A stretch of DNA of 64,000 nucleotides from Octopus vulgaris. Taxonomy: Eukaryota. The stretch is taken from contig OX597836.1 of the NCBI GenBank assembly GCA_951406725.2, positions 49,972,001 through 50,036,000 of the forward strand, given 5' to 3'. A program made the position numbers and the translations under genes. A model generated the notes under the pieces. That model was given only the letters and a program-made list of their open reading frames with translations, made no database searches and had not been told where the DNA came from. Shown one piece after another: positions 1 through 13,400 of the stretch. Every line of letters begins with the position of its first letter. Positions within the stretch are counted from its first letter, which is position 1.

Positions 1-102
1 ATCACTTCCTGCGGAGTGTAACTCGAGTGATGATGAGAGGTTAGAATGTCTCTACTTTCACTTTCGTCAATCGGTAGCTTGTATGATCTCGTTTTGGCGA
101 CC

Positions 103-282
103 GCAAGTTGGTAGAATCGTTAACGCCTCAGACTAAATGCTTAACGGCATTTCTTTCGGTTCTGTATATTCTGAGTTCAAATCTCGCCCAGGTCGACCTT
201 GCTTCCTTTCTGGGATAGATAAAATAAGGACCACTGGGGTCGATGTAATCGATTTAGCCCCTCCCCTAAAATTGCTAGGCAT
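103..282 (+). mobile_element. tRNA-derived SINE, family A
   Basis: B-box-like GAGTTCAAAT followed by GGTCGAC..CCTTT..GATAAAATAAG.ACCA..GGGGTCGATGTAATCGA, a core shared by many copies in the window. Confidence 0.75.
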
Positions 283-2419
283 CGACTTGTGATAAAAAAA
301 AAATGTTCTTAGAAGAGATCCTTGAATTAAGGCTTTTTTTTTTCTTTAAATTTTAAAAGTCTCTGACTTACAATTAAGATGTGGTTGTGCCTAAATCCGG
401 GGGTTGTTGCGGGCCCGCGCGCGTGCGCACGTAGCAAGATAAACTGTTTGCTTTAGGAGATAGGGTCTTAATAAGGAACTTCTCGTGCTTGGGATGGATG
501 TGGATTGTATCGGATCGTTTAGAATTGTTTTTCTTGTTTAATGAGGAAGACATGGCACTCGACTGTGAAATAAAATCATATCAATTATTCTGATGTTATT
601 AATAATGTTTGTAGCAGTTTTATAATTTGAAACCAATGAACACAATAGTCTTCACACGTTATTGTCTTCATTCGTTTAAAATATAATACATATATGATAT
701 AATATATATATATGATATAATACATATATGATATAATATATATATAATATAAATAAGATATAACAACTTCCTCTCAATTGATAGCCGAAAAATAAATTTT
801 AAAAAAATCCTTCGATAAAGAGTCCTCTCCGGTTACCAGACATAAAATAACCTGTGATAGATGTGTGAATGTGGAGATATTAACCCAAGGATCGCCGAGA
901 CGAAAGGTTGGTAGTGGTTACTAAAACTCTGATTCTCTTCAGGGGAAGGATTCAACTCAGAGCAGCTTTAAACCCTTTTGTTCCGCCTCAAGGTAAATTA
1001 ACTTGTTTAATTTTGTGAATAGTTTTTACTGTATTGCTGTCACAGCTCAGCATTCGTTTCGTCGGATTTTGAATGTAACGATCAAGACACGATGTCGTAA
1101 CCGGACCAAATAGTAGTCGGGCTGTTTTGCTGTTGTTGGAAACAGGTTTTATATAATGTGTAATATTGACAAGAGGCGACCTTCAGATCCCATGTTTTGT
1201 GTATGTAAATGTAGTGTTTTTAGTCTAGTGTTCAGCTTATTTCCCAATAATCAACATTCGAATAGATGTTAGTCGTTAGTCTATGCACTGACATCACCAC
1301 TTATTCCGATATTCCAATAATTAAACTTTCCGAACAGTTCCTTCTGTATTCGTTTTAGTTCTTTAGTTTGGCACCGAGGAGCACGAGTTAGGAACTGTCA
1401 TGCTGTTCTCCCCCCCCCCTTCCCGTTAAGTATTTATTTGTCTGCTCCACCGAACAGCCGAACGAACGTTCGATCCACGAAATTTCGCTTCCACTTCTAC
1501 AGTGAGCTTTCTCCACCTCTACGATGTCTACTTGCCAACTGTTTTAGCGTTGTCTCATGACCCACTCTTAATCTAGAATACTAACACAGATGCCTACATA
1601 GACAGACACATATACGCACTTACAGATGGGCACACGTGATTCCGTACTATTGTTAGCACAACAGATCGTATATAATAAATACTCCAGCCACTGCTTCGCT
1701 CTCTAAATCATTGCTTTGTTTGATTTTAGTTTCAGATTAAAATTGCTATTAATCAGAGTAAAAACCAGACTCGGGAAACTGGCAGGGGTCTACCTCTGCA
1801 ACGATGAGTAATCGAAGGAAAGGCAGAAATATATATAATGTATATTTTATATATGTGAGGTATGTTTGCCATCACATTGTCGTGCAGTTACTGTTTATAC
1901 CTCGTTCAGAGATTTATTATATTATATTATATTATATATATATTTATATAATGAGGAAAAGAAAAAGGCCGGTACGAAAGAAAAGCTATCTTTATCTGGG
2001 CAAACTTCTTGTTTCTCTTATCAAGTCCCTTTTCTTTCGACTCATTCTCATCTTTTCACTGTTGTTGCCCCCCCCCTCCTTACAAGATGTTTCAACTCTG
2101 CTAGTGTCTTTCTTCGAACATCTTGTCTTCCATCTTGTTTCCCTGATCGATTTAATTGTATTTAAAAAAAAAAAAACAGAAAAGAAATTTCTGCTGATCG
2201 TTTAATGTTTTTTAAGGCAGGACTGTTCTACTGGATATTTTGTTCCTCTTTTCTTATCTAACTTCCAACAACGTGGTTGTTTGAGGACTGTTCTATTGCT
2301 GGTTATTTGCTGCTTTGTTGATTGTAGCTTCTTGTAGATAGCAAGCGTACGAAACTATCTTCTTCGTCGAGAATAGACGTTAACCCGAAACGTCGCAGTT
2401 TTGTTCATCATTTTGTTGC

Positions 2420-2605
2420 GGTAACATTTATTTTATTGTATCTCGAGAGGGTCATTATGCCAATAATAAAAAAAAACACACGCACTGGTTCCGTTTCACT
2501 TGTCAATTGGTTACCTGTTTAATTATCTAATTGATTGTTTGATTAATCAATCAGCTACGTTTGTCGAAGTCTTTTTGTTGCCATTCGCGACCTCTTCAAT
2601 GACGT
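2420..2605 (-). mobile_element. short dispersed element with degenerate hammerhead motif (relative of 50270-50490)
   Basis: Shares TTGTAT..GGTCA..GCCA..AATAAAAA.ACACRCACT with 50320-50380; minus strand reads GUCA-UUGAAGA-GGUCGCGAAUGGCAAC-AAAA-AGACUUCGAC. Confidence 0.5.
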
Positions 2606-2807
2606 GCCTTCTCTAATAAATTGATCAAAGTAATTGGACCTTCTCATTCAAAATACTTCCCCTTCCCAAGTAACTAAGTTTTCACGATCTCAAATTCAAA
2701 TGCAATCTTTGGGAGGAATTGCAAGGAGCTAATTCCTAGGCATTGTTGTGCCAATCTGATCCAAACGCCTTGTCCTCAGTGATGCAGCAATGCTAAAAAT
2801 AATAACA

Positions 2808-3236
2808 ATCCTTTCTACTAAAGGCACAAGGCCTGAAATTTTGGGGGAGGGGACTAGTCAAGTACATCGACCCCAGTGTTTCACTGGTACTTAATTTACC
2901 GACCCCGAAAGAATGAAAGGCAAAGTCAACTTTGGCGAAATTTGAACTCAGAACGTAAAGACAGACGAAATGCCGCTAAGCATTTCGCCCGGCGTGCTAA
3001 CGAGTCCGCCAGCTCGCCGCCTTGATAATCCTTTCTACTCTAGGCACAAGGTCTTGTGGGGAGGAGGAAGTCGATCATATTGACCCCAGTACTCAACTGG
3101 TACTTGCTTTATCGATCCCGAAAGGATGAGAGGCAAAGTCAACCTCGGCAGAATTTGAACTCAGAATGTAAAGACGGGTGAAATGCTGCTAAGTATTTCG
3201 CCCGGCGTGCTAACCATTCTGCCAGCTCCCTACCTT
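2808..3236 (-). mobile_element. two tandem family A SINEs
   Basis: Two full copies of CTTTCTACT..GGCACAAGG..GACCCCAGT..GAAAG.ATGA.AGGCAAAGTCAAC..ATTTGAACTCAGAA..GCCAGCTC, with CpGs largely retained. Confidence 0.85.
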
Positions 3237-3520
3237 GATGATGATGATGATGATCCTCCTTATCATCGTCAAATAGTTTGCTTTCGGATTCTGAACGAAG
3301 GGATCTGATATCAAAAGCGTCCCAACTTTGACTTTACTCTTCTTAAATTTTGCTTGCTAGGGTCGTCTTTTTCTTTTTCTGTTTTTGAGATGTGAACACG
3401 TGATTTGTAGATTTGGCTGTTATTTCTAGTAGGTTGAGTTATCGCAAGATGATCTTGCTAATATATATATGTGTGTGTGTGTGTGCAATTGAAAAAGCAG
3501 CAAAAAATTTGTTTCTAAAC

Positions 3521-3566
3521 AAAACTGTCCGACGAACGGGAACGTGAAACTCTGAGAAACAGTTTT
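3521..3566 (+). ncRNA. degenerate type I hammerhead ribozyme motif
   Basis: AAAACUGU / CCGACGA / ACG-GGAA-CGU / GAAA / CUC-U-GAG / AA / ACAGUUUU: three correctly placed stems, with two core deviations (CUGA->CCGA, UH->AA). Confidence 0.55.
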
Positions 3567-3711
3567 TGTGATATTTTTGCTCCTTTTTGATAAAGCATAT
3601 TACTCTACATCTGGTATTCGAGTACTATTCTTTCGACCCGGTTTCGCATTTATGTGCTTACTCTGGTGTGTGTGTGTGCGTGTATATATATGTGTGTATA
3701 TGCTATATATA

Positions 3712-4090
3712 TGCGTAAGAGTGGGTGTGTGGTAAGTAGCTTGCTTCCCAACTACATGATTCCAGGTTCAGTCCCACTGTGTGGCACCTTGGGCAAGTGT
3801 TTTCTACTATCATCTCGAGCGGGCCAAAGCCTTGTGTGTGGATTTGGTAGACGGAAACTAAAAGAAGCCCGTCGTATGTATGTATATATTTATGTTTGTG
3901 TTTGTTCCCCCACCATTGCTTGACAGCGGATGTTGGTGTGTTTACATCCCTGTCACTTAGCGGTACAACAAAGAGAACGATAGAATAAGTACTAGGCTTA
4001 CAAAGAATAAGTCCCGGGGTCGATTTGTTCGACCAAAGGCGGTGCTCTAGCATGGCCGCAGTCAAATGACTGAAACAAATAAAACAATAG
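3712..4090 (+). mobile_element. tRNA-derived CORE-like SINE, family B (OR-type)
   Basis: GTGTGGTAAGTAGCTTGCTTCCCAAC..GGTTCAGTCCCACTG.GTGGCACCTTGGGCAAGTG head/core and ..CAGCATGGCCGCAGTCAAATGACTGAAAC tail; many copies in the window. Confidence 0.8.
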
Positions 4091-4099
4091 AAGAATATA

Positions 4100-4410
4100 T
4101 ATATACACACACACGAAGGACTTGCCCGTCGTTAGATGACATATGACGAATGAGGTTTCCGCAGTTTCTTACCAAACAGCCACACAGATGATTTGTTTAT
4201 AGTGATCAAATGTTTGTGGTAGACATAAGCTCACTCCCTCCATCAAATTGACATTACCTGTACAGGTGCGTCATATGCCACATGTTTGATAACGAAATGA
4301 TCGCAGAGAGCAACGTGAAATGAAGTGCTTTGGTCAAGAGCATGACACAACGCCCGGTCTGGGAATGGAAACCATGATCTCGTAGTCGTGAGTGCAAAAA
4401 CTTCACAAGC
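4100..4410 (-). mobile_element. tRNA/CORE-like SINE, family C (degraded)
   Basis: Minus strand GGTTTCCATTCCCAGACCGGGCGTTGTGTCATGCTCTTGACCAAAGCACTTCATTTCACGTTGCTCT; a related copy lies at ~22650-22770 (+). Confidence 0.45.
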
Positions 4411-5534
4411 TGCGACACCAGTGGATACTGACAACTGACTGACCACTGGTTATGTAAAACTCTTCAATAACAGTCTGTGAAGTTTTTTCAGCTTGAACAA
4501 AATATATGGCTCTACCTTTGGTATTCGAGTCCTGTTTTTTTTCCAGCTTGTTTTCCACGCATGTGCGTGTGTGCGTAACACTTTCGTGTCAGTAATGTAA
4601 GGTGTCCATATTTCTAGATATCAATTTCTGTATTTTATTTTCCTTGAGTACCAAGCACTTTACAAGTAAACTATCAAAAATATGAGATGACACAGCTTTG
4701 TAAAACCTTATGACAGACAAAGAATGTAGAAGATAAAAAAATTGATATTTTATCTGATTTAAAAAAAACCGTTTCGTAATAAGTTTGAAAGTTAAAACCT
4801 TACTAAATATAACCTATTCGGCTGGTGCTCTTTGTCCACCTGCACACTTTCTCCCCCCCCCCCCATCACATTCATATGTTCTCAATTTATTTGAATGTCA
4901 TTCGTTTATCACCCATTTCATTGCATTTTATATTTGGTGGTCCTTCGGTATTGGTATCCAGTGCGTCAGTATGAGGAGACATCATCCACCCTCATCTTTA
5001 TCTATGTCTTGAGGGAAGGTTGTGTGTGTGAATGACATCATTAACCAATACTGAAGGATTTCTTTATATTTTTATTTTCCAAGAGTGTCTCATGTTCACC
5101 CATGGTAAATGCATTACGATCGTGTAAACTAAAAACTTAAATTTGGGTTCAAATAGTTCCACATCCGTTCATAAGAGGTGTAGTCGGCCAAATGTAGTTG
5201 TAGCTAAGCAGACCTATTATCAAGGACGTTCCATTCATGAGCATCACGCCTTTCTTCTCCTAGCAGCAGTGTATTGAGGATAACATTATATCCTCCAATA
5301 TGTGAATTAAGGGAGGCTTTTAGCTTAATCGCGTTGTGCAGTGATTCTTATTCACCCTTATTTTTTAATTATCGACTTTTATTAACCCACTTTCAATGTC
5401 CCGAGCTATGATTCTAGAAATATAAATACACCAAAAGGCTGCCAACAAGTTTGATCACATTAAAAGACTTCTTGAATATAAGTCATTTCACCAATATTAA
5501 TATGGAATGAAAAAAATATACTGGCCACTGATAT

Positions 5535-5720
5535 TGGTTTCAAATGTTGGCGCAAGGGAAGAGTGAGTAAGGGCTCCGTTAGGACTTATTTTATTGACCC
5601 GAAAGGATGAAAGGCAAAGTCAACCTCGGCGAAATTTGAACTCAGAATGTAAAGACGGACAAAATGCATCTAAGCATTTTGCCCAGCGTTCTTAACAATT
5701 CTGCCAGCTTGCCACCTCAA
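5535..5720 (-). mobile_element. family A SINE
   Basis: CCCGAAAGGATGAAAGGCAAAGTCAACCTCGGCGAAATTTGAACTCAGAA core. Confidence 0.8.
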
Positions 5721-7075
5721 AGACGGAAGAAATATAGCTAAGCATTTTGTCCGGCACGATAATTTTGACTGTCAATATCACAAGATGTTTCGCACCCCTC
5801 ACCCCAAAAATTAGAATGTTAGAGCAATTAAAAGATTTATAATTTATTGCCCCCTTATTGCTCCTTTTGTTCTCAGTACCCATATAACCCCACTTCTTGA
5901 TCCACCTTGAAAAGTCCTGGTGTAAAGGTCTCTCGTTAGTTGCTTTGAATGTTATGAACGTTGAATTATTGTCGAGTAGCGATTGTAATAAGGAGTATTG
6001 CAAAAATATTAATTAAAAGGGTCTGAGTCAGCAATTGGTTTTGCTTGTTTGTGCTACTCGATGCTGAATAAGTGGCATGTTTAACTTTGTGAAAGTCAAT
6101 ACTTTCAACGACACCAGCCTCTCTTATTGCTTCATCAATTACTCTTAATAGCTGTCAAGGTCAACAACTATAACAAGCTGTAGCAGTTGTTGACCTTCAT
6201 CATATCGACATCTCGCTGAGCAAGTTTGGGTTTGCACTTGAAATGGATGTTCTGATCTGACACGGTTGTCAGTGGGAAGACACTCAAGATGGAGAAGAAC
6301 ATCAAATACCTCGGCGCAGGAATCTCCTCCTCATTGTCGTCGTCGTTCAGGGATCCATGGTATTAATTCATGACATGCCAAAAGTATGGACGTCTGGATT
6401 CAGCTGGAAGATGAAGCGTTACCCGCTTCGTCTCCTTCCTGCTTTATAGGACAGAATCATGAATACTAACTGATGCCCAGAAAAAAAAAAAGAAGAAAAA
6501 AATAAAGAAATCGATGGATGTCTGTTATATTAGGAATGCATGCTTTATTATTTCAACACAAATTTAAGTTTGTGCGACGAGTTTAATATAGAATAATGAG
6601 TAAAAGAAATGGAAGAGGCGTCAGTTTGATTATGATCATATGAGGGGGATTCTAATTGCATTTATGTTGTGAGAAGAAAACATTCCCTCTATAACTTATG
6701 CCATTTATTTAATCTAGTCTCTGCAAGAAAGGGTGACTACTCTGAATATTTTCCCGTCTAATTACACCTCTTCAGTGAAGCCGGTGAATCAGTTGAAAGA
6801 TCAGTCTGTTGTAATCTATTTTTGTGGTGCAAACCCTGGTTTAACACTTTGTTGGGCTGGAAGATACCTCAAAGTAAAAAACAAAGCTTATCAAAGGTCG
6901 TGCGGAACCTGCAAAACTTTAATCGATGTGAAGGTTTCTGTAATGCAATCCCAGGGGCTGAGATGGGACCCCAAACAGCAGTGTGAAATACGTACTAGTG
7001 TCTAGCTCAAGATGTAGGCGCGTGGTAATAAGTACAGCAGAAATTTACAAGTGTTGAATTGTATTTATTTTGAAT

Positions 7076-8190
7076 TACAAGGTGCATTCCACAAGTTTTC
7101 GACACTTTTTCAGGAGAGACATTAATTTCAAAGAAGCTTAAAGCTCTAATCTCCTTCAAAGTAGAATCGTCCGACTTCGATGCATTTGTTGTAGCATTGC
7201 AACCACTGTGTGAAGACCTCATGGAAGTCTTCCAAATTGAAGGTGTCCATGACTCCTATCGCAGCGTCCTTCATCTTTTCGGTGTCTTCAAAAAGACTGC
7301 CCTTGAGGTTCTCTTTCAGCTTGGAGAACAACCAAAAGTCACAGAAATCAACCCCACTTCAGCAACATCTGTAGGGAGGATGAGGGGCAGTTTTGATGCC
7401 CATCTCTGTCAAGTAGTTGGTTGCCAGAATGGAATTCGGGACTGGTACATTGCCCTGGTGCAGCTGTCATCGACCCAAGAAGAAGTCTGGTCTTTTACAA
7501 TAAAATCTCTCCCTGAACTGCCTCAAAATCTTCATAAGTTACTCTTTCTTGAGCGTACGGCCAGAGGGAAGCCAGTGGGTGTAGGTGATGCTCATACTGC
7601 CGAGAAACGGGGATGATCATGAGCTTCCAGGTTGGCTTGCTTTCCTTGGCCTTCTTGGAGCCAGGATGCTTACGTTGGGCACCCTGTCTCTGGATCATAA
7701 CAGGACATCCAACTTTCGTCACATGTCACCAGGGACTCAAGTACTCTTGGATTGCAGCCCAACCATCTCCTCGCCGTTACCAATCCGTCTTTTTGTCTGT
7801 TCGTCACTGAGCACCCTGAGAACAAATTTTGCACTTGTTCTGATCTTCATGAATAAATCTGTGTACAACTACTACACTAACTCCAAACTATGCTTATTGT
7901 CTTTACAGGACCCACAATCTTCATCCAGAAAATTGAATTTTCGCAACCAGCTCCGATGTTCTGGCGCCCCTCTCCCTCCCACACCTCCTCACTACCGTCT
8001 TTGAATCTCTTTTGTACCCGCGAAAAATTTAATCCGTGACCAATCTGGAGCATTTCATAAGTTTCTGCAGCGTTTTTGCCCAGTTCAACATAAATCTTTA
8101 TAGTATAGCGAGCTTTCGAACCTCTCGATTCCATTCTGCAAACTAGTCGGGGCGGGGGGGTTGAAGCAAATCCAACGTTTCAATCTTGAA
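7076..8190 (-). mobile_element. degenerate mariner DNA transposon
   Basis: Fragmented transposase: N-terminal RYTIKIYVELGKNAAETYEML, RKHPGSKKAK, LHQGNVPV (HxDNAP-like) and C-terminal FSKLKENLKG..WLQCYNKCIEVGRFYFEGD; TIR-like TACAAGGTGCATTC at one end only. Confidence 0.85.
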
Positions 8191-8639
8191 AATAATGATT
8201 TGCTGCAAGAAACAGAAACAGCTTTCATTTATATTTTGTAATGGTTTGAATGCTTTCTTTCTTCTTCTAAGTTTGGATTTTTTTACATCCTTCGAGATTG
8301 ATAGTATGAAAGGAAGAAGCTATCCGGGTCCCAGTGTTGCAACTGGTTGGACGCTTATGGAGCCAGGCGGTGGTGTAAACCGTGCGACGGACTGAGCCTG
8401 TCACACAAGAAAAGGGACAGTCCCCCTGACAGTTTTCATTGAACCGAATTTCACTAAGGCTTTGGTCGACTCGAGATTTCCTAAGATGATATAAACACAG
8501 CATACTTGATACTGATTGGAGGTGAAATCGGTCAAAACACAAATGTAGATGTAAAAATTGTAAATCTAAAAATGGAGGAAAATATTATCTTAATATAGTA
8601 AGGATTGCTCATAAATTTGTAGTGGATTTCATCATTCTT

Positions 8640-9028
8640 ATTTCTATACCGCCCACAAGGGGCTACACACAGAGGGAACAAACAAGGACAGACAAACGGA
8701 TTAAGTCGATTACATCGAACCCCAGTGTGTAACTGGTACTTATTTAGTCGACCTCGGCAGAATTTGAACTCAGAACGTAGTGGCAGATGCAATACCTATT
8801 TCTTTACTACCCACAAGGTGCTAAACACAGAGAGGACAAACAAGGACAGACAAACGGATTAAGTCGATTACATCGACCCAGGTGCGTAATTGGTACTTAT
8901 TTAATCGACCCCGAAAGGATGAAAGGCAAAGTTGACCTCGGCGGAATTTGAACTCACAACGTAACGCATACGAAATACCGCTAAGCATTTCGCCCGGCGC
9001 GCTAACGTTTCTGCCAGCTCGCCGCCTT
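8640..9028 (-). mobile_element. family A SINE plus partial tandem duplicate
   Basis: Two copies of ACAAACAAGGACAGACAAACGGATTAAGTCGATTACATCG; the second is complete and CpG-rich. Confidence 0.85.
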
Positions 9029-10370
9029 CATCATTCTGGCACGTATTTCTATCAAAGCTGGTGATAAAATACCAGTTAATTGGGATCGATTCCGGTAATG
9101 CATCTTATGTGTGAATTTCATTCGAATAGGCTTCAGCCCGACACGTAACTGAATACAACATTCTATCAGGGGACCACACATTATGGTTAATTTAATCAAT
9201 CTTCGGTACTTAACTAATACTTATGTGATCGGTTCCTGGGGAAAATCTGAAGAGAGGTCGACCCCAGCAGGATTTGAACTCGAAGTATAGGCATAGGAGG
9301 CAAGGCACAATCTAAGTCTCCTAATACAATTCTGGTCCATCACGGGTGCTTTATAGGACCATTAAATCGATCATAGTATTTGAGTAGAACCCCAAATGTA
9401 TGAAAACCAAGGTTGACCTTGGTAGTGTTTCAACTCGGAACGGAAAAGACGGCGACTGAAAACCGAAGGCATTTTAAGCAACGATTTCGCCAGTCTACTT
9501 AAATGGACGACAAAAATTATTTTATTTTCTTGGATGTATAAAATGTAAACTCCGTTGGTATTTGACCTCGATATCTCACTAACATAAATATTGCAAAGGA
9601 TTTGGTGCAACATCTTTGAGTTTTGCCATCCACTGCCGAAGACGTTCTTTCATGAAGACCAACAGAGCTATTGTCAGTTTCGTATTTTGGGGTCATGTCA
9701 ATATTAGTAATATGACAATGGAATAGATGATATCTCGCTTTATAAAAGTGATTTTCAGCTTACGGAAGAAACTATATTGTGTCCATTTTGAATCGTTCTT
9801 AGTCTTTATTAATAATAATAAAAAAAACATACAGAATTTAACAGTTAATATATTTACCGTATCTTCTATTTATCATATTTCTGTGTAAATTAATCGTACG
9901 ATTGCAAATTGAAACCTTATCTATTATTTTCCAGAATATTTTTTCCAGTCATTTCAAATTCTTAAATTTTTTACTTAATAAAAATGATCAGCAATCACTT
10001 ATATAAAATAAAATATTAGACCTGTGTGTGTGTGTGTGAGAGAGAGAGAGAAAGGAAGGACGGAAATACGAAATTAAAATAAGCCTAGCTTTTTACATCG
10101 CGTTTTCATTGTTCACGTTTCCATGGTGAGAGGTTTTCTAAACAGGTATATCATAATTAATAATAATAATGATCATCATTATTATTATTAATTAATAATA
10201 GTAATCGTTAATGATGATATAATAATAATAATAATAATAATAATGATAATAATAGCTAAAATGTGACAGGACTCGTCGTAATCATAATGTAAATAGATGT
10301 ATCTGTGTGGACGTGACATCATGTTGGCAGATTTTGAGTGTGTGTGTGCGTGTGTGCGTGTGTGTGTGCG

Positions 10371-10402
<32 letters not shown>

Positions 10403-10439
10403 CGTGTGTGTGTGGACTAATATTTACTAAACAAATGAA

Positions 10440-10990
10440 TGTGCGCGCGCGCGGAACAGTAACATGTAAATAGACGAGCAAAAAGAAAAACGTAGAGCTT
10501 CGCTAAAACCGGCCATTATAAGCTGCGCTGGTCAGGTGAGTTGATAGACCTGTACTAGTCATTATTACTCGTGTGTGTGTGTGTGTGTGTGTGTGATGTG
10601 CTGCTGCGATTTCTCAGCGAATCGAGTTCATTGTCCGGATTTTCTCATTCTCGTCTTGGAACTGCTGTACTGGGTATCACAGTATATCGGTATCACAGCC
10701 ACATATTATCCCGCCCCTAGAATCTCTCTCTCTCGCATAATTGCTTGAACGTCCGGGTCTAAACATCACATTCAACATTCTGTGATATAAAAATTACTAA
10801 CAATATAACCTACTGTGTTTGTTATTTTTGTTGTGTGGTTTGTGACTCCGAGAAATGAATTTACGATTCTGTTTGCAATTCTTTATTATTTACTTATATA
10901 CTTGGGTATTTTACCTTCTGAAAGCAGGCTCTTCCGTTAACGCACGATTCCGTACCTTTGGACGAAAACGAACGAGGTGGAGTGGTAGAA
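10440..10990 (+). promoter_or_regulatory. candidate CpG-retaining promoter/5' exon region
   Basis: Locally CpG-rich unique sequence (GCGCGCGCGCGG, CCGG, TTATAA) just before CpG content appears to fall; no transcript evidence. Confidence 0.25.
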
Positions 10991-11846
10991 GTAACAAAAG
11001 ATGACTAAAATATCTGATGCAATAATTGTTAATCATATTCCGAATTTGGTCCAGTCCAGTGTCGATGTCACTCGGATTAGTATAAGACCTTCAGTTTGTT
11101 ACAAGTTATTATTATACGCTGTTGAAATGTGCAACACACATAAGTGCTGCACCTATTGTGAAGCAACAAGAAGAGTGTGTGTTCGCTTCACTTGTTAGAA
11201 ATAGCAGCCAGATCTCCCTCAATTCACACTCTGCCATCTAAAAAATGCAACTAAGGAAATTGGATAACTTTGTAACCGAAACAAAAATTCTCTGCTCATC
11301 ACATGGACGCCCTTCATTGCATCTCTTCAATCAAGCGTAACCGGGGGATAAATGACTGTACCCACCGTTAGAAATGTTTTATACATATCTAGAGTGGCAA
11401 AACCCCCATACAGTCACATTCCTGATTCTATCTAGAAAACAAAATGTTGTTTACCTAAGAGGTGAGACCCAATATGGGATGACTGGGTGCAGCTGAATGT
11501 TGAAAATTTGGTTGACAGGGCATTCATCCTGTTTTGGTGATAATAATGGTTGACTCTGGTGGAGGCACCTACACAGCCATACACATACAGAAATATACAG
11601 AGAGTGAAAGAGGGAGATGGACATTACAATTTGTGCTGGTGCCACATAAATAATACTTGTTACACACTGTAAAGTGGTTGGTGTGAGGACGGCCATCCAG
11701 CCATAGAAACCCTTCCAAAACCAACAAGTGGAACCTGGTGCAGTACTCCAGTTTGTTGATAGGAACAGTCAAATTGTCCAACCCATGCCAAAATGGAAAA
11801 CGGACGTTAAATGATGGTGATAACCTTCCTTCTCAGGCACAGAAGA

Positions 11847-11877
<31 letters not shown>

Positions 11878-12854
11878 ATGTGAGAAACATTAAAATGTCT
11901 GATGTCAAGTAAGTCAGCACTGACTCGACAATGCCAAAACGTTTTGTACTCAGACAAACCTTTCCCTCAGACAAACCCTTCCCTCTCTGACACTTTCCAA
12001 TCCCTTACCTTTTCATTAATCTGTGACCTGCATGTTGTCTTTTATTGTCACGATGACCATCTCTGCTCTTTTGAACATTTCATATCTGAGAAGAAAGGCT
12101 TCGTCCCCAGAACCCCTTTCAGATCCTCCTGAGACCAGGCTTGAATGCTTCCAACTAGGTGGATGGCCAGATGGAAGGCCTAACCCTTTTCATAGCAACT
12201 CACTAGACATTGCCCTGGTTCTATAATACACACTTTCTGTTTTAAAGTTATCTAAATTAAAAAAAAAAAACCTATCAAAAAGTTCATTTTGATTAATGTT
12301 CCAAACACAACCTGGGCCCAAATATTCTCCCTGTTTATATTCAAACTGGTGGGATTTGGTCTTTCATTCCTGCTCTAGAATGTCAGTTTAAAAATAAACA
12401 ATCATATCCTAAGTTAGGGAAACGGTGATGAGTGAAAATATTCTGTAAACATAAGTTTTCACTGAATATTTTGGCTGTAGAAAATAATCTAATGTTGGGG
12501 CTTATAAATCCCTGGTGGAAAAAAAAAGGGTTTTTGTATATTTACAAACAATCACATCATCGGAATTTCATAGTTATATGATAAGGCATGATTAATTCAA
12601 GACAATAAGCATTACATGTTTGACAGAATAATCTGAATGGTGAAGGGATGAAGCTGACTGTTTGACTAAATTCTTTATCATTTTCAAAATTAATCAAAAG
12701 AAAAAGTAGTGTATTGCAACAGAAAACACAGGTAATAAAATGGTTCGCCCAGGTAACGACTTAAATGTCTGCTGCCCTGCAACAAGATCAGCCTCTCCAC
12801 TCAGCTCCCATGCTATTGTTGATCAACTTAAGGCCTTGATAGAAGCTAACCCTA

Positions 12855-13085
12855 GGGTGGCGAGCTGGCAGAAACGTTAGCACGCCAGGCGAAATGCGTA
12901 GCCGTATTTCGTCTGGCATTACTTTCTGAGTTCAAATTCTGCCCAGGCCGACTTTGCCTTTCATCCTTTTGGGGTCAATAAATTAAGTAACAGTTATGCC
13001 CTGGGGTCGATGTAATCGACTTAATCCGTTTGTCTGTCCTTGCTTGTCCTCTCTGTGTTTAGCCCCTTGTGGGTAGTAAAAGAAA
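12855..13085 (+). mobile_element. family A SINE
   Basis: GGTGGCGAGCTGGCAGAAACGTTAGC..GAGTTCAAATTC..GACTTTGCCTTTCATCCTTT; near reverse complement of 8800-9028. Confidence 0.85.
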
Positions 13086-13259
13086 TAGATAGAAGCTAGC
13101 CCTGGATGCTACACAATGAAAGAGCATCATGAAACCATTGGCTTATGAAGGGAGGGTGTATATAACAGCACAGGGCTTGCAGGGTAGCAGCTAACAAGGT
13201 TACTAATAATTTTGTTAGTCTTTTTGTTGTTTAATTCTAAATTACCTCATATGAGCCAT

Positions 13260-13400
13260 GCTTTCATAGCCATGACCATTGTATGTTCTTTTTCCAGGCA
13301 TAGGATATCTGGGACTACATTATCCAATGGTTTTTCTTTATTTCTAACAGTAAAATGTGGTATGAGGGATATTTGGCTGCAGTTTCTAACAGGTCAAGTA
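13260..13400 (+). repeat. unclassified dispersed repeat, family D
   Basis: AGCCATGACCAT..GGACTACATTATCCAAT..TGAGGGA.ATTTGGCTGC..TTTCTA; further copies near 3300-3450, 11170-11360 (-), 14630-14760, 22990-23150 and 48150-48325. Confidence 0.65.

Noticed and set aside
6180-6370. Exon-like stretch (TLKMEKNIKYLGAGIS)
   Set aside because: It has stops and no clear splice sites, and at best resembles a decayed LINE RT KYLG motif.
6735-6782. Minus-strand CUGAAGA..GAAA-AUAU-UC hammerhead-like string
   Set aside because: Stems I and II pair poorly. The CUGAUGA sites at 26083 and 27401 also lack the required stems.
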